A stretch of DNA of 64,000 nucleotides from an uncultured Akkermansia sp. GTDB taxonomy: Bacteria; Verrucomicrobiota; Verrucomicrobiia; Verrucomicrobiales; Akkermansiaceae. The stretch is taken from contig CAYVAI010000018.1 in the NCBI GenBank assembly GCA_964448375.1, positions 2,970 to 66,969 on the forward strand, given 5' to 3'. The notes beneath the pieces are model-generated. The model did no database searches. It worked only from the letters and a program-made list of their open reading frames with translations, and was not told where the DNA came from. Made by a program: the position numbers and the translations under genes. Shown one piece after another: positions 61,236-64,000 of this stretch; within the stretch, counting starts at the first letter, position 1, and each line of letters begins with the position of its first letter.

Positions 61236-63227
61236 TTATGGTTTTTGGGACAATGCATCGTAGCGTTCCAGGCACCCCTTGTGCGGCCAGGGAGGATTTG
61301 AACATGCCTTATAATAATGAACCGCTTTTCCCTTGTCCGCCCGCGTGCCTATCCCCCGTTCATAAATCATGCCCAACACGTAACAAACGGGACCTTCCAT
61401 GGGGACTCCCTGAAAATCAGGATCGTCCATGGTCATGGCAAGACGATAGGCCTTGTCTTCATCGCGCCCCGGAAACTCGGAGTACCGCAGTACCATGGAA
61501 ATGGCATCCAACTTGACGCACTTGGGGAACGACAACTTCCTTGAGATATTATCATCCCAGGGCCATCCATCATCATACCGCATCATCCACACACAATACG
61601 GAACCGAAGGCTCCACCAGGCTCATCAGATTGCGCCAAGCCTTCCCCAAGTCTGCAGTAACGCCAATTCCCTGTTCATAAATTCCGGCAAAGGCATAAGT
61701 CATCGTCAAATTGCCTTGCTGATAACACGTTTCCCCCCAGGCCTCCATGGATTTCCTGACGGAAGGAGATGCATGCTCCATCACATGGCGGCAATACGAA
61801 ATTGCCTCTTCATCCATCCCTTCCCGGCACATGTCATCAAGCCGGGCACAAATGTCGCCCACATCGTCCATCCCCGCCGTTTTGATCACCTCTCTCAATT
61901 GCCAGGCTTCGTCACGTTTCAAAATCGCCTTCCTGTAAAGATCTCTTAACTGAAGCATAGACTTCTGGGAAAACAACAAGCTCAGGATATCATCCTCAAA
62001 ATCGACAGATCCTCCAAATTCCCAACTAATCTGGCAATGTTTCCAATACGGTAGATAGCCAGCCTCCGACAATGTCCGGTGGAAAATGATCATGTTTTCC
62101 CACTCTTCCCGAGAGAGATATTTGGTATGCGCCATACCAAATTTCAACCACACGAACATGGCAGACAAATCTCCCTGACAGGCAGCACGGTACGCATAAT
62201 TGGAGCAGGCATGGACCATCTTCCAGGTTTCGGAAGATGTTTCCGAAACCATTCCATGGCGGAAAAAGAATTGTTCGTACACATTACGGTCGGTTTTGAT
62301 CGACATAAAGTTCAATTCGGGCAGGGCACTGCACCAGGCCAGCTTCTCCTTCATCTCTCTAACTACTTCGTAATTAATATCGGTTGCAGATACATAACCA
62401 AAACGCGGCTGGAATTTGATCCATCCGTCAAAAAGCAGCTGTATCAATTGCCCGGCTGCATGGATATCACCCGCAGCAGCCTTCCTTTTCAATCCCTCTA
62501 TCACACATTTTTTTAATTCGGGAGGATCCTTCTTGAGACACATGTCCTGCAAGACCCTATACAACATCGTATCCCCGGCCTGAACCGCCACTTCGAAATC
62601 ACCGTAGCCGTTAACCGAATCAGGACGAGGATGGTGGCCCGACCACAAGGTATCCCAAACCACATAATCCACAGCAGCCTTCCTTACCTCCCGGAAGTAA
62701 TGAAGCAGGAACAAAGCCCCCCGGCGCTTCAAATCTATCGCCCGTCCTAGCCAATATTCCACCTCACGTGCCTCTCCCCACGTCAATTCGACAGCTCCAT
62801 TTTGTTTATACATCAAATGGGATTTGGCCATCATCAGGCATGCATCGGCATTGTTCTGCACTGCCAGATTACGAATCTCTCTGCGAGACATCCCCTCCAA
62901 AGGCAGACGGTTCAAATCCAGGACATCCCCTACTTTCCAAGGGATAGGAGCATCTTGCCGAACTGAGAGACGCAAGCTGGAATCCAATCGTTCCTGTCGC
63001 TCCCTCAGCTGGAGACGTTTAGCCTCTGACAACCCGGCATGCGAAGCATACCAACCAGAGCCACCGGGCAGACTCCATTCCGGATAAGGTTGGTAAAAAT
63101 CATTCCAATACTTCCTCACACACTCGCTCTCGCACTCGCCATACTCATTGCTTCCCGACCAAAAATAAAAAAAGGCGGCAAGTACCGCCAAAATCCCGCC
63201 ACAGATAAACAAAGGTTTCTTCTTCAT
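61236..63227 (-). CDS. Membrane-anchored Sel1/TPR-like repeat protein
   Basis: ATG 63227 gives MKKKPLFICGGILAVLAAFFYFW (N-terminal TM). C-terminal Sel1-type repeats: AFAGIYEQGIGVTADLGKAWRNL and VLGMIYERGIGTRADKGKAVHYYKAC. The rest is unassigned. Confidence 0.65.
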   Translation of the reverse strand: MKKKPLFICGGILAVLAAFFYFWSGSNEYGECESECVRKYWNDFYQPYPEWSLPGGSGWYASHAGLSEAKRLQLRERQERLDSSLRLSVRQDAPIPWKVGDVLDLNRLPLEGMSRREIRNLAVQNNADACLMMAKSHLMYKQNGAVELTWGEAREVEYWLGRAIDLKRRGALFLLHYFREVRKAAVDYVVWDTLWSGHHPRPDSVNGYGDFEVAVQAGDTMLYRVLQDMCLKKDPPELKKCVIEGLKRKAAAGDIHAAGQLIQLLFDGWIKFQPRFGYVSATDINYEVVREMKEKLAWCSALPELNFMSIKTDRNVYEQFFFRHGMVSETSSETWKMVHACSNYAYRAACQGDLSAMFVWLKFGMAHTKYLSREEWENMIIFHRTLSEAGYLPYWKHCQISWEFGGSVDFEDDILSLLFSQKSMLQLRDLYRKAILKRDEAWQLREVIKTAGMDDVGDICARLDDMCREGMDEEAISYCRHVMEHASPSVRKSMEAWGETCYQQGNLTMTYAFAGIYEQGIGVTADLGKAWRNLMSLVEPSVPYCVWMMRYDDGWPWDDNISRKLSFPKCVKLDAISMVLRYSEFPGRDEDKAYRLAMTMDDPDFQGVPMEGPVCYVLGMIYERGIGTRADKGKAVHYYKACSNPPWPHKGCLERYDALSQKP

Positions 63228-63287
63228 GTCCCTCCCATATAAAAATTGTCCGGGTCTGCCAAAACAGCCCCGGACGATTGGAATCAT

Positions 63288-64000
63288 TTATTTACTCGCA
63301 CCAGCTTTAAGGGCTTCGCGAATCCTGTTGCAGATTTCGGTATTCTCATACACGCCCGTGAAAACGCCGCTGCCAGCACCGTACGCATAGACAGGGACGG
63401 CCACTTCATTGTGGTTACCCGTGGAGAACTTGCATTTGACTTCGCCCTTCTCCTTGTCCCCTCCAATCAACGTCAACCCGCCCGTGTTATGGTCTGCCGT
63501 AATGACAACCAGCGTACCGGGATGCTGCGATGCCCAAGAGAGCACCTTGCCGACCGTACGGTCAAAATCGTACAACTCATCCAGCATCACAGGCAGATTG
63601 TTGGCATGGGCCTCCTTGTCGATTTTGGAGCCTTCCACCATCAGAAAGAATCCCTTGTCATTGCTGGACAGCATGTCCAGGGCCTTCAACACCGCCTTTT
63701 CCAAGACATCACCGCGTTCGGACGGCTTGGCCAGGTTGCCCTTGTCCACAACGGAAAAGACCTTGCCCTTCTGGATAGCAGCAGTTTCATCCCAGTTTCT
63801 GGCCACAGTGTAGCCTCCCTTCTTCATTTCGTCGAATAAGTCACGTCCATCAGGACGCCCTTCGAATTTGGAGGAACCACCACCAAAGATAAAGTCAGCC
63901 TTACTCGTCGGGAAGCAGGCAGCGAGGTCATATGCCAGAGAACGCTTCGGAGCATTTGCACAGAAGGCCGATGGCGTTGCATCCGTCAAATCGCAAGTCA
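63288..64000 (-). CDS. Alkaline phosphatase (PhoA family), 5' end outside window
   Basis: VTDATPSAF-type block (TDATPSAFCAN). The VVITADHNTGGL and GNHNEVAVPVYAYGAGS metal-ligand blocks are present. The frame stays open to nt 64000, and the 'start' at 63989 is an internal TTG. Confidence 0.85.
   Translation of the reverse strand, partial: TCDLTDATPSAFCANAPKRSLAYDLAACFPTSKADFIFGGGSSKFEGRPDGRDLFDEMKKGGYTVARNWDETAAIQKGKVFSVVDKGNLAKPSERGDVLEKAVLKALDMLSSNDKGFFLMVEGSKIDKEAHANNLPVMLDELYDFDRTVGKVLSWASQHPGTLVVITADHNTGGLTLIGGDKEKGEVKCKFSTGNHNEVAVPVYAYGAGSGVFTGVYENTEICNRIREALKAGASK

Overview
Moderately GC-rich bacterial chromosomal window with a few sharply AT-rich islets. I saw no rRNA, tRNA, CRISPR array or transposase. 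The gene content fits a mucin-foraging Verrucomicrobiota genome, probably Akkermansia-like; this is my inference and cannot be verified without a search. That content includes a sulfatase, a PA14/M60-like peptidase, GH2-like and GH109-like enzymes, an HGSNAT-like acyltransferase, a giant autotransporter, and tandem alpha-2-macroglobulins with pbpC. Gene order: 5'-truncated RHS toxin, two tandem paralogous 464/465-aa secreted proteins, LpxR-like OMP (-), TatD, LysM lipoprotein, L,D-transpeptidase, cobalamin riboswitch candidate, ~1370-aa autotransporter, Ser-tailed orphan, DUF2851-like (-), STAS (-). Then two 1966-aa alpha-2-macroglobulins plus pbpC, an AT-rich orphan, sulfatase plus a secreted partner, MDR reductase (-), VOC, rpmB, two copies of a 74-aa Arm-like protein, acyltransferase-3, recA, PA14/M60-like peptidase, ABC-F (-), lipoprotein. 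Then the complete F1Fo operon atpBEFHAGDC, two small DUF genes, GH2-like (-), efp (-), SprT-like (-), DUF5009-like, TAT-Gfo/Idh/MocA, Sel1-repeat protein (-), and a 5'-truncated alkaline phosphatase (-). Best leads: (1) a well-matching B12 riboswitch core directly upstream of an autotransporter rather than a transporter or biosynthesis gene. (2) An RHS toxin tip of unassignable fold followed by a tandem gene pair carrying a 535-bp perfectly identical block inside otherwise diverged copies. (3) Two standalone integrase-arm-like 74-aa genes that differ almost only at synonymous sites. (4) Duplicated thioester alpha-2-macroglobulins of identical length upstream of pbpC. All family assignments come from motif recognition by eye; no searches were run.
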